DNA from: an uncultured Planctomycetaceae bacterium
GTDB lineage: Bacteria > Planctomycetota > Planctomycetia > Planctomycetales > Planctomycetaceae
Direction: 5' to 3'
NCBI GenBank assembly: GCA_963815195.1
Contig: CAWFGE010000022.1
Location: 96,001-160,000, forward strand
Length of the DNA: 64,000 bases
The notes under the pieces: generated by a model
The model's database searches: none
What the model was told of the DNA's origin: nothing
What the model saw: the letters and a program-made list of their open reading frames with translations, nothing else
In this document: piece after piece, positions 48,073 through 56,260 of the stretch
How the letters are laid out: each line of letters opens with the position of its first letter
Numbering within the stretch: the stretch's first letter is position 1
Translations under genes and position numbers: made by a program

Positions 48073-48417
48073 TGGGTGGCTGGGGCGCAGATTCCTCGAT
48101 GAAACAAGTGAGGCAAACGAATACTGGGGCGACGGACGCGCGAGAAGCACGCGCACGGCCCCAGCTTTCGAAACGCGTTTTTCGTTTGATCCATTGCTTT
48201 GCACCCAGCCACCCCCACTGAATCTCAAAATGCCGGATTCATTTTAACTCAAACAGTAAGCGGTTGGGTGGCTGGGGCGCAGATTCCTCGATGAATCAAT
48301 TGAGGCAAACGAATACTGGGGCGACGGACGCGCGAGAAGCACGCGCACGGCCCCAGCTTTCGAAACGCGTTTTTCGCTTGATCCATTGCTTTGCGCCCCA
48401 GCCACCCCCACTGAATC
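48073..48417. mobile_element. Two tandem near-identical family-2 MITE-like elements (48073-48224 and 48247/48265-48417)
   Basis: About 152-bp direct repeats beginning TGGGTGGCTGGGGCGCAGATTCCTCGATGAA and ending CCAGCCACCCCCACTGAATC. Confidence 0.85.
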
Positions 48418-48447
48418 GCTGACTGCCGCTTCGCGGCTGAGGACTCC

Positions 48448-50997
48448 TCAAAAGCCGTTGATGACTTCTCCGCCGCGGATGGTGATGAGTCCTTCCATCG
48501 TGTTGGGGTCGATGGCTTGCGAAATGAACTTCACGGAACCGTCGCCCATCAGCATGTGGCAGCCGCCGGGGAACGGGCCGCCGATGCCGTCGGGGCCGTT
48601 GATGTAGGGCTTTTTGGTGAGCGAGCGGATGGTGGCGTTGCCGCCGGCGGACCAGCCGCCGAAGTCTTTCGACGCTTCGCTGATCATCACCGTGTTGGAC
48701 GTGCCGTCGGTGATGTCTCGGAAGCGGGTCTTGCGGTTGTAGCCGAACACGCCGGCCCGGTTGCTGGTTATGGGCAAAAGCGCGGCGTCCTTGCCGATGC
48801 CCGCCATGCCCACGTAATGTGTGGCGCCGAATTTGACTTCCGTTGTCTTCGGAGGCTGCGGTTTCATGCCCGGGTTCTCGAACACCGCGATCTTCGTTTC
48901 GACAACCTGGCGGTTGGCTTTGTCTTTCCAGCCGCCTTCTTTGTCGACTTTCTGATAGAGCGCAGCCTGTTCGACGAAGGGCAAAAGCTCGACGAAGAAG
49001 CTCAGGCGTTCGTCGGGTTTGAGTTTTTCGTTGGGGATCGTGCCCGCCGGGAAGGATTGATGCACATCGTGATAGTTGTGCATCGCCAATCCCAATTGTT
49101 TGAGGTTGTTCTTGGATTGGCTGCGGAGCGCGGCAACGCGCGCTTGTTGAATGGCCGGCAAAAGAAACGCCGGCACGATTGTGACCAGAGGCCCATTCCC
49201 GCCGCCCGGTCCGCCCAGGATCGGCAGCGAAGGCAGCGAAGACCGCGAAGTCCAACGATAGCCGTCCTCGTCCATCGTCATCGTCCGCACGTTGGGGAAC
49301 AGCGGCCCCGCGATCAGTTCCGCGGGCGGCAAGTCGGAAAGCATCCAAGGCAGATTGGCGTTCCGCGGCAGCGTTTGTTGGCCTTTGAGGGATGCGACCA
49401 GAGTGGCCATCGCAAACGGGGCCGCCTTCAAGAGGCTCTGATAAATCACACGCGGATTCGAGACGCCGATGGACGTGAACTTTTCGGGAATCACCGGAAC
49501 CCCGGCCTCTTTGAGTTGGTCTTTCGACCACCGGGGCAGCTTGCCGTCGAGCCTGAGGAAAAAAGCTTCCACGGGCTGGGGCATGAGGGCGATGACCATC
49601 CATTCTTCATCGATGCCGATGCCCAACCCTTGCACGACCTTTCCGAATTCCAGATGCCAAATCTCTCGGCCCTGTTTTGTCGCCCGGTGAATTTTGGCGA
49701 CTTCCTCTTCCGGGGCGAGGCTGTTGAGCTTATCGACGATCTTCTCGAACGACGCTCGGAGTTTTTTCGCGTCTTTGACTTGGACGATCAGCGTGCCGCC
49801 GGTGCCCACGAAGCCCTGCTCGGGATCATCGCAGACCACGACGACGGGGCCCATGGCCTCGAGGAAGTCGGCTTTGGGGTCGAAGCCCAGGAAGTTGGGG
49901 ATCGTGTCGATGACCCGCTCGACTTCCTTCGCGGCCTCTTCGGGACCGTAGGCCATGCTTTCGCGAATCGCTTCGCGGATCGTTTCATAAGCGGCCGCGG
50001 GCTTCATCGACGCGGCAAGAAAGCTGTTGGTGTTTTTCGGCAAAGGCGGCAGGTCGTCGAACGAAATCTCCTCGCCTTCCAGCACCTTGAGGAGGCCTCT
50101 TCGCTCGCCCGTCGTCTTGAGCCGGGTTTCCGACCAGAGGGCTTTGCCTTCGTAGCCGGCTTTCATCACGAACTCTTCGATGGCGTCCAGCCCCAGGACT
50201 TCCAAGGCGTCCTTGACCAACAACGGCCGGCCTTCGGGAACGGGGATGGGAAACCCGCCCAGCTTTTGACGGAGAGCCTGGGCGTCGAGCCAGGCGACCG
50301 AGGTGAGCGTGCGGTTTTCCTTCGCAGAGCCCTTCGACCAGAGCCGATGTTTGGTGATGTTGGGCTGTTGGCCGGTCGCGACGCGGACGGTGTTCTGCAC
50401 GGGATCGACGCCTGCGGCGATCACCAGGTGCCCGCCCTCGGCCCACCACGCCAAATCCATCGCCGGCGTCTTCGACAGATGCGCGAGATGCACCGCGCGG
50501 TTCTCGATGTCGCGGATTTCGGATTCGATCCCCTGCTCCGCTAAGAGCGTGGAGCCTTCGGACACGAGGTCTTCATACTTCGCCGCGTGATGCAATACCA
50601 ACGTCACCCGCGGCAGCGGCGGCCCCGGCGGAATGGAAACCGCGAGCGAGCCGCCGTATTCGGACAGATGCTTCGCCAAGGCTTCGACCTGCGGGTTGAA
50701 CGTCCCCGGCGCTTGCTGCTTCAAAAACTCGACGAGCTTTTGAAGTAGCTCGTCCACACGCGCTGCCGCGAGGGCTTCGTGAGCCGCGGTTTGCTCCCAG
50801 GCGGCGGCGTGTTGTTTCGTGCCGTCGTGCCGGGCGTAGAACACCGTATCGGCCGGGAGCAGCGTCTCCACCGCGATGTCCGGTTTGGCTTTCTCCACCG
50901 AGTCCTCCGTGCGGTCGGCCCAGATCTCCCAAGCCGCGACCAAACTGACGCCCAGCACAATCAAACCCCATCCCCAGTTCGCCCAACGCGCGGACAT
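48448..50997 (-). CDS. Large exported protein: DUF3352-like N-terminal region fused to C-terminal DUF1559 domain
   Basis: N-terminal signal/[52 protein letters not shown]. Confidence 0.88.
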   Translation of the reverse strand: MSARWANWGWGLIVLGVSLVAAWEIWADRTEDSVEKAKPDIAVETLLPADTVFYARHDGTKQHAAAWEQTAAHEALAAARVDELLQKLVEFLKQQAPGTFNPQVEALAKHLSEYGGSLAVSIPPGPPLPRVTLVLHHAAKYEDLVSEGSTLLAEQGIESEIRDIENRAVHLAHLSKTPAMDLAWWAEGGHLVIAAGVDPVQNTVRVATGQQPNITKHRLWSKGSAKENRTLTSVAWLDAQALRQKLGGFPIPVPEGRPLLVKDALEVLGLDAIEEFVMKAGYEGKALWSETRLKTTGERRGLLKVLEGEEISFDDLPPLPKNTNSFLAASMKPAAAYETIREAIRESMAYGPEEAAKEVERVIDTIPNFLGFDPKADFLEAMGPVVVVCDDPEQGFVGTGGTLIVQVKDAKKLRASFEKIVDKLNSLAPEEEVAKIHRATKQGREIWHLEFGKVVQGLGIGIDEEWMVIALMPQPVEAFFLRLDGKLPRWSKDQLKEAGVPVIPEKFTSIGVSNPRVIYQSLLKAAPFAMATLVASLKGQQTLPRNANLPWMLSDLPPAELIAGPLFPNVRTMTMDEDGYRWTSRSSLPSLPILGGPGGGNGPLVTIVPAFLLPAIQQARVAALRSQSKNNLKQLGLAMHNYHDVHQSFPAGTIPNEKLKPDERLSFFVELLPFVEQAALYQKVDKEGGWKDKANRQVVETKIAVFENPGMKPQPPKTTEVKFGATHYVGMAGIGKDAALLPITSNRAGVFGYNRKTRFRDITDGTSNTVMISEASKDFGGWSAGGNATIRSLTKKPYINGPDGIGGPFPGGCHMLMGDGSVKFISQAIDPNTMEGLITIRGGEVINGF

Positions 50998-51041
50998 GAT
51001 GTTTTCTCCTTGATCTGTAAATGCTCGGATCGCTCGATGTG

Positions 51042-51267
51042 ATTAGCCGCAGGGGGGCACCGCCCGTAGGGTGGTCCGCCCCGGTTCGTGTGATGTTCCT
51101 GCTGTCGTTGAACCGGAAGCTAGCGCGTGCCGGCTGATGGTGATGAGCCGCAGGGCGCTCGCCCCGGTTCGTGTGATCTCTCCACTCTCGCTGCGGCCAA
51201 CGGTCTCGTTGTTCGTCAGCTTTTTAACTAATCCACATAACCAGGGGGCTGACGCCCCCCGCTCGCC
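51042..51267. repeat. BIME-like cluster: three alternating family-4 REPs (51042-51170) plus one solitary family-1 arm (51237-51267)
   Basis: ATTAGCCGCAGG..CCCCGGTTCGTGTGAT type unit twice with an inverted unit between; TAACCAGGGGGCTGACGCCCCCCGCTCGCC. Confidence 0.8.
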
Positions 51268-53109
51268 TTAATTTGAAAACCTTGCGGCTTCTCTGGGGTC
51301 GATGAGGTTGTCTTGGTCTTGATCCAGCCGACGGAAGAGTTCGGGTTTGCCCAGAAACTCGCGGATGGAAACGTCGCCGTCGCTGTTCTTGTCCATCGCC
51401 TGGAACCACTTGGGGCCTTTGACGAGCTGCTGCATCGTCGGGTTTTGCGTGTTGCCGTTTTGCGGGGACAACAATCCCGGCAGGTCGGGGAGGCCGGGGC
51501 CAAAGGACACGCGGTACACGTGCGGGATTTCGCCCGAGTCCAGGCTGCCGCTGCCGTTTTTGTCCCAGACCGTCAGCCGGTCGGCGGCGGTCAGCCATTC
51601 CCGCGGGCTAATCCGCAGGTTGCGATCGGCATCGAGCACCGCAAACAAGTCCTGCCCCGCATCCTGCACCGTCATTCGCGTATGCGAGCGGGCAAACTGA
51701 ATTGCATCGGTCACCGGCGGCTGCCATTCTTCGGGATAGAGCTTCCCGTCGCTGTCGGTGTCGTACGTTTTGAAATGGTTGCGAAAGAACACATCCCGAT
51801 TGGATTCGTTCTGCTCGAGATAGCCGTTGTTGTCGCCGTCGGCCTGTTTGAATCGCTCTTCCAGCGATTCCATCACCATCTCGGGCCGGAGTCCGCCGGC
51901 GTCGATCTCGATTTGAATGTCGCCCGCCATCAGGCTCAACGTGCCCGCCGCGGTTTTCTTCACGGTGACGGGAGATTTCTCGGCCGTCACGGTTCCCGAA
52001 AACGTTGGTTCCTCTTTCGCATCGGTTGGCAATTGCACGCGGACCTTGACCATCGGCTGCGGCGTTTCCAGGTACGCCCTCAGTTCAAACTCGTCCAAGG
52101 TCCCGTTGCCGTCGCGGTCGAACCGATCCTCGATCCCTTTCGGCATCTTTAAGACTTCCGGCGGGACGCCTCGGACTTTGACCGTTTTCTCGTCTTCGGG
52201 TTGATCCTCCTTGACGATCCGCGTGATCAACCGCCGGGAGATTTCCGGCCGGGCGTAACGCGTCATCAACTTCCGGACGATGCGGGTTTTGGATCGGTCC
52301 GAAGGCACCGCGAAAAACGGGGTTTCGGTGGTCTGGTTGGACTGGCTGGCCCGAAAGAACGGATTCTCCACGCCCTGGAGTTCGTTGAGGCTGATGGTTT
52401 CGTCCGCGTCGAGATCGTATTTCCTCAAGGTGCGGGGCGCGGTGCGGAGTTCCTCGGCGGAGAGTTGGCGGTTGCCGTCTTGATCCAGCCAGGACAAGAG
52501 CCGCTCGCCCGAGTTGTTCGTGTTCGTCGGCTGCGGGCTGAGCAGGGCGTCAGTTTTGTTGGACGCTTCGGTCTGGAACGCGCCCCGGCCTTGCCGGCCT
52601 AGAAACGCTGCGATCTCATCCGGAGTCAGCTTTCCGTCGCGAGGCTCGGCGTCGGCTTCCCAGAGGCTCGGCGTCTGGAGCAGCGGCGCGGGGATCGGCT
52701 TTCGCGGCTTCTTGTCGGTGGCCTTTTGAGCCACCGCCGGCTGGTTCGGGTCGGCTGGTGGTTCTTTGTTGGGCTGATCGGTCTCGTTTCGCGTCAAGAC
52801 GCCGTTCTTGTCTTTGTCCAATTGGCGGATGATCGCGTTCAATCCGTTTCGCCAGGCGGCTGTGAAGGCTTGGTCGCCGATGGTGATTTGGAGTTCGATG
52901 AGGAGCGGTTCTTTGTTGCCACAGAAGATGACGGTTTGCGCCCGGGTGTTGTCGTCGGCATTTGCGGGTTGGGTCGCGGTGATTGCTGTCAGGATCACCG
53001 CTAAGCGAGCGAATAGACGCAGCCCCCTCACCCTAACCCTCTCCCCCGAGGGGAGAGGGGACAAAGCCTTTGCGACCGCGCCGGCATGTTTTTCTAAGTG
53101 GCGGCTCAT
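51268..53109 (-). CDS. Exported multi-EF-hand calcium-binding protein
   Basis: Many DxDxDG loops (DKDKNGVLT, DQDGNRQLS, DRDGNGTLD, DGDNNGYLE, DKNSDGDVS); ATG overlaps DUF1501 stop. Confidence 0.88.
   Translation of the reverse strand: MSRHLEKHAGAVAKALSPLPSGERVRVRGLRLFARLAVILTAITATQPANADDNTRAQTVIFCGNKEPLLIELQITIGDQAFTAAWRNGLNAIIRQLDKDKNGVLTRNETDQPNKEPPADPNQPAVAQKATDKKPRKPIPAPLLQTPSLWEADAEPRDGKLTPDEIAAFLGRQGRGAFQTEASNKTDALLSPQPTNTNNSGERLLSWLDQDGNRQLSAEELRTAPRTLRKYDLDADETISLNELQGVENPFFRASQSNQTTETPFFAVPSDRSKTRIVRKLMTRYARPEISRRLITRIVKEDQPEDEKTVKVRGVPPEVLKMPKGIEDRFDRDGNGTLDEFELRAYLETPQPMVKVRVQLPTDAKEEPTFSGTVTAEKSPVTVKKTAAGTLSLMAGDIQIEIDAGGLRPEMVMESLEERFKQADGDNNGYLEQNESNRDVFFRNHFKTYDTDSDGKLYPEEWQPPVTDAIQFARSHTRMTVQDAGQDLFAVLDADRNLRISPREWLTAADRLTVWDKNGSGSLDSGEIPHVYRVSFGPGLPDLPGLLSPQNGNTQNPTMQQLVKGPKWFQAMDKNSDGDVSIREFLGKPELFRRLDQDQDNLIDPREAARFSN
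53023..53061. repeat. REP (CCCCTCACCCTAACCCTCTCCCC-CGA-GGGGAGAGGG) within EF-hand gene 5' end
   Basis: 10-bp perfect stem 53037-53059; translates as SPLPSGERVRVRG. Confidence 0.75.
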
Positions 53110-54455
53110 GCGAGGATCTCTTGGATGGGTTTGGCTTCGGGGTCGGCGATGCGGATCGGCCGGCCGATGTTGGACATGTTTTGTTTCATGGGATCGATGC
53201 CCAGAGATTTGCAGACGGTCGCCAAGAGATCGGGCACGTTCACCGGGCGGTCTTCGACGGACATGCCGCTCGCATTGGTTTTGCCCACGACCTGGCCGCC
53301 TTGGATGCCGCCGCCCGAAAGCACGGTCGTCCACGCGGCGGGGAAGTGGTCCCGGCCTTTGGAGCCATTGATGTTCGGGGTGCGGCCGAACTCGCCCATC
53401 CACACGATCAACGTGGAGTCGAGCAGTCCGCGGTCCTTGAGGTCTTTGATCAAAGTCCCCCAAGCCGGGTCCAACACGCCGGAGAGGGCTTTGACCTGCT
53501 CGAAGTTGTTGGAGTGGGTGTCCCAGCCAAACCCTTGCCGGCCGTCCACGCTGTTGAGGGACACCTCGATAAACGGCACGCCGCGCTCGACCAGCCGGCG
53601 GGCGAGCAAACACGATTGCCCGAACAGGTTCTTGCCGTATTCCTCGCGGAGTTTGGCGGGTTCCTCATCGAGCTCGAAGGCTTTGACAGCTTCGGATCGC
53701 ATCATCCGCACGGCTTGCTGGTAGGCGGTTTGATGACTTTGCGTGATCAAACCGGGCCGGGCCTCCCCGAAGCCGGCTTCCATTTCGGCAAGCATCTGCA
53801 GCCGCGCATCGGCTTGGGCGGATTGGACGCCTTCGGGCCGCTGCATGTTTTCGACCTGGAGGTTCTTGTCGTAATCCTTCCCCGCCTGCTGGCCGAAGCG
53901 GTATTCGCCAATGACCAAAGGCGCAAACTGCGGACCCAAAAAGCCCGGCCCATATGCCGCGGGGCTGAAGACCCGAAACGGCGAGATGCTCACAAAGTTG
54001 GGGAGTTCCGACGTCGTTTCGCCGAGTTCGTGGCTGATGAGCGAACCGATCGACGGGTAATGCACCGGCCCCTGCGGGCGGTAGCCGGTGCGGAGGTAAA
54101 ACGTGGCCCGCTCGTGGTCGCCTTCCTTCGATGTCATCGAGCGGATCGGCACGATGTGCTCCATCTGTTTCGCGAGCGTCGGCAGGTGCTCGCTGATCTC
54201 GATCCCAGGCACCGATGTCTGGATGGGTTTGAACTCCCCGCCGTTGGCGTGGTCGGGCTTCATGTCGAAGGTGTCGGTCTGCGTCGGCCCGCCGGTCATC
54301 CACAGCAAAATACACGACCGCTTGCGATCTTTATTCTTCGCCACATCGGCCGCGAGCGTTTCCAACCACCCGGACATCGATCCCAGCGTCACCCCGGCCG
54401 CCGACATCTTGAGCCACTCCCGCCGACTTAATCGATTCTCATAAAACCGGGACAT
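53106..54455 (-). CDS. DUF1501 domain protein with Tat-like signal
   Basis: SRREWLK; ILLWMTGGPTQTDTFDMKP, CLLARRLVERGV, WDTH, GEFGRTP, GRDH. Confidence 0.93.
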   Translation of the reverse strand: MSRFYENRLSRREWLKMSAAGVTLGSMSGWLETLAADVAKNKDRKRSCILLWMTGGPTQTDTFDMKPDHANGGEFKPIQTSVPGIEISEHLPTLAKQMEHIVPIRSMTSKEGDHERATFYLRTGYRPQGPVHYPSIGSLISHELGETTSELPNFVSISPFRVFSPAAYGPGFLGPQFAPLVIGEYRFGQQAGKDYDKNLQVENMQRPEGVQSAQADARLQMLAEMEAGFGEARPGLITQSHQTAYQQAVRMMRSEAVKAFELDEEPAKLREEYGKNLFGQSCLLARRLVERGVPFIEVSLNSVDGRQGFGWDTHSNNFEQVKALSGVLDPAWGTLIKDLKDRGLLDSTLIVWMGEFGRTPNINGSKGRDHFPAAWTTVLSGGGIQGGQVVGKTNASGMSVEDRPVNVPDLLATVCKSLGIDPMKQNMSNIGRPIRIADPEAKPIQEILA

Positions 54456-54474
54456 GATGTTCTCCTTGAAAAAA

Positions 54475-54608
54475 GGCGAGCGGGGGGTGTCAGCCCCCTG
54501 GTAACTAGCAAATTTGAACACGTGAGATTGACGAGTTTATCTATCAACACGTTTGTGTAGCCTGTGAAACATTCAACGTAACCGGGGGGCTGACACCCCC
54601 CGCTCGCC
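54475..54608. repeat. REPIN-like doublet, family 1
   Basis: Arms 54475-54505 and 54578-54608 (both carry the GTGTCAGC/GCTGACAC variant); 134 bp. Confidence 0.9.
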
Positions 54609-54613
54609 TGCTG

Positions 54614-56260
54614 TCAATGATTAAACAAAAACTCGCTCGTATTCAGCAGGACCCAGAACACGTCCGCCAACGCTTTTTTGGAATCGTGCTGCGGGCCGCC
54701 GGTTTTGATGTGGTTCGCGAAGCGGCTCTGTTCCTCGGGCGTGGGCTTGCGGGTTAAGGCGGCGAGGAACAATGTTTCCACCTGGTCCTCCGCGGTGAGG
54801 CCCGGGAACTCGGCGACCGCGGCTAAGGTGTTGCTGCCCTCCAGCTTCGTCGCGTCGGCGACCGTTTCGCCGTTCATGAGTGCGAGGGCCTGGAGCACCG
54901 TGGTTTGGCGTTCGATCTGGTTGGGGTTCTCGTCCGAGAATCGTTCGAGGAACTTGCCCTTGTCAGAGTTCTGTTGAAAACTGATGTCATAGGCTTCGCG
55001 GGGATTGAACTCCTGCTGCATGCCCACGGCTTGGGCGAGGTTGTCGAAAATCTGCTCGGCGGAAAGGCCTTTGACCTGCATGCGGGCGAAGTGGTAAGGC
55101 TCGGACGGCGAACCGCCCCGGCTGGCCCTTTGGTAGGCATCGCTCGCGGCGATGGCTTTGATGAAGAACTTCAAATCGAAGTTGTGGGCTTGCATCTCGC
55201 GGGCGAGCTGGTCCAACAGTTCGGGATGCGACGGCGGGTTATTTTCGCTGAAATCATCCACCGGTGAAACGAAGCCGCGCCCGAAGAAATGATCCCACAG
55301 CCGATTGACGGCCATGCGGGCGAAGTAGGGGTTGTCTTGGTCGGTGACCCAGCGGGCCAACGCTTCGCGGGAGCTGTCGCCCAGCCGCATGCGCGGTTTC
55401 GTGCCGTCCAAAAACGAGGGAGAGACGACTTCCTTGGTGTCGGGGATCGTCAGAGTTCGGCGGGTGAAGAACTCCGCGATCGCCCCGGTCGCTCCGCCCC
55501 GGTTGGGCCGGCGTTCGAGGCCCGCAAAGAACGTCGCGAACTGCCAGAATTCCTTCTGCTGCCAATGGTCGAACGGGTGATTGTGGCATTGGGCGCATTC
55601 GAGCCGAACGCCCAAGAACATCCGCGACGTGCTGGCTCCGAGGTTTTCGGGCTTGATTTGTTTGGACTGATAAAAGGCAGTCGGGCTGACCGATTGGCCG
55701 TCAATCGGGGCCGTGAGCAGTTGATAAACCAACCGGTCGTAAGGCGTGTTGTCGCCGAGCTTTTCGCGGAGCCAGGCTTCAAAACCCGGGACTTGGAATC
55801 GGGTTCCAAAGTCGGTCGCGGCTTCGGGCATCAGCACGCTCCGCCAATACCTCGCGAAGTGCGTGACATAGCCCGCATCGTTCAACAGCCGCTGGACGAG
55901 CCGGCGGCGTTTGTCGGGCGAGTCGTCGTTCAGAAACGTCCGCGCCTCGGCGACCGTGGGAATCCGCCCCGCAATGTCCAAGAACGCCCGCCGCAGGAAT
56001 TCCGCATCATCCGCCAAGGGCGCGGGGGCGATGTTCTCTTCGTCCAGGCGAAGGTTGATGGAGTGATCGATCAACGCCGCCACGCGGGCCACCGGATCCT
56101 GAGGCTTCTCCGCGACGGCGGCTTCGTCCGCGGCGAGTGGCGCGGCGGTCAACAAACCCAAAACCAAAAGGAGGGTGGGCACCGCCCACCACCCAGCAAG
56201 AGACACGGGCGGATTGGTGGGCGATGCCCACCCGACGGAGTTTCGAGGGGAAATGATCAC
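54614..56260 (-). CDS. DUF1549/DUF1553 (PSCyt2/PSD1) domain protein
   Basis: DDAEFLRR..LD..GRIP, FLGVRLECAQCHNHPFD, NPYFAR.AVNRLW, PSHPELLD, LLNTSEFLFNH; GTG after AAGGAG. Confidence 0.93.
   Translation of the reverse strand: MIISPRNSVGWASPTNPPVSLAGWWAVPTLLLVLGLLTAAPLAADEAAVAEKPQDPVARVAALIDHSINLRLDEENIAPAPLADDAEFLRRAFLDIAGRIPTVAEARTFLNDDSPDKRRRLVQRLLNDAGYVTHFARYWRSVLMPEAATDFGTRFQVPGFEAWLREKLGDNTPYDRLVYQLLTAPIDGQSVSPTAFYQSKQIKPENLGASTSRMFLGVRLECAQCHNHPFDHWQQKEFWQFATFFAGLERRPNRGGATGAIAEFFTRRTLTIPDTKEVVSPSFLDGTKPRMRLGDSSREALARWVTDQDNPYFARMAVNRLWDHFFGRGFVSPVDDFSENNPPSHPELLDQLAREMQAHNFDLKFFIKAIAASDAYQRASRGGSPSEPYHFARMQVKGLSAEQIFDNLAQAVGMQQEFNPREAYDISFQQNSDKGKFLERFSDENPNQIERQTTVLQALALMNGETVADATKLEGSNTLAAVAEFPGLTAEDQVETLFLAALTRKPTPEEQSRFANHIKTGGPQHDSKKALADVFWVLLNTSEFLFNH
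56170..56236. repeat. GGAG/GTAG-type REP doublet in frame inside DUF1549 gene N-terminus
   Basis: GGAG-GGTGGGCACCGCCCACC (56170-56190) and inverted GTCG-GGTGGGCATCGCCCACC (56236-56216). Confidence 0.8.

Noticed and set aside
48041..48477. Diversity-generating retroelement template/variable repeat pair
   Set aside because: Only 30 bp, all differences silent, and no reverse transcriptase in the window
53110..53613. N-terminal extension of the 781-aa EF-hand ORF (also extensions of serA, DUF1501, MFS, GSDH ORFs)
   Set aside because: Overlaps another gene or runs through intergenic repeats; downstream starts with SD or stop-start coupling are better supported
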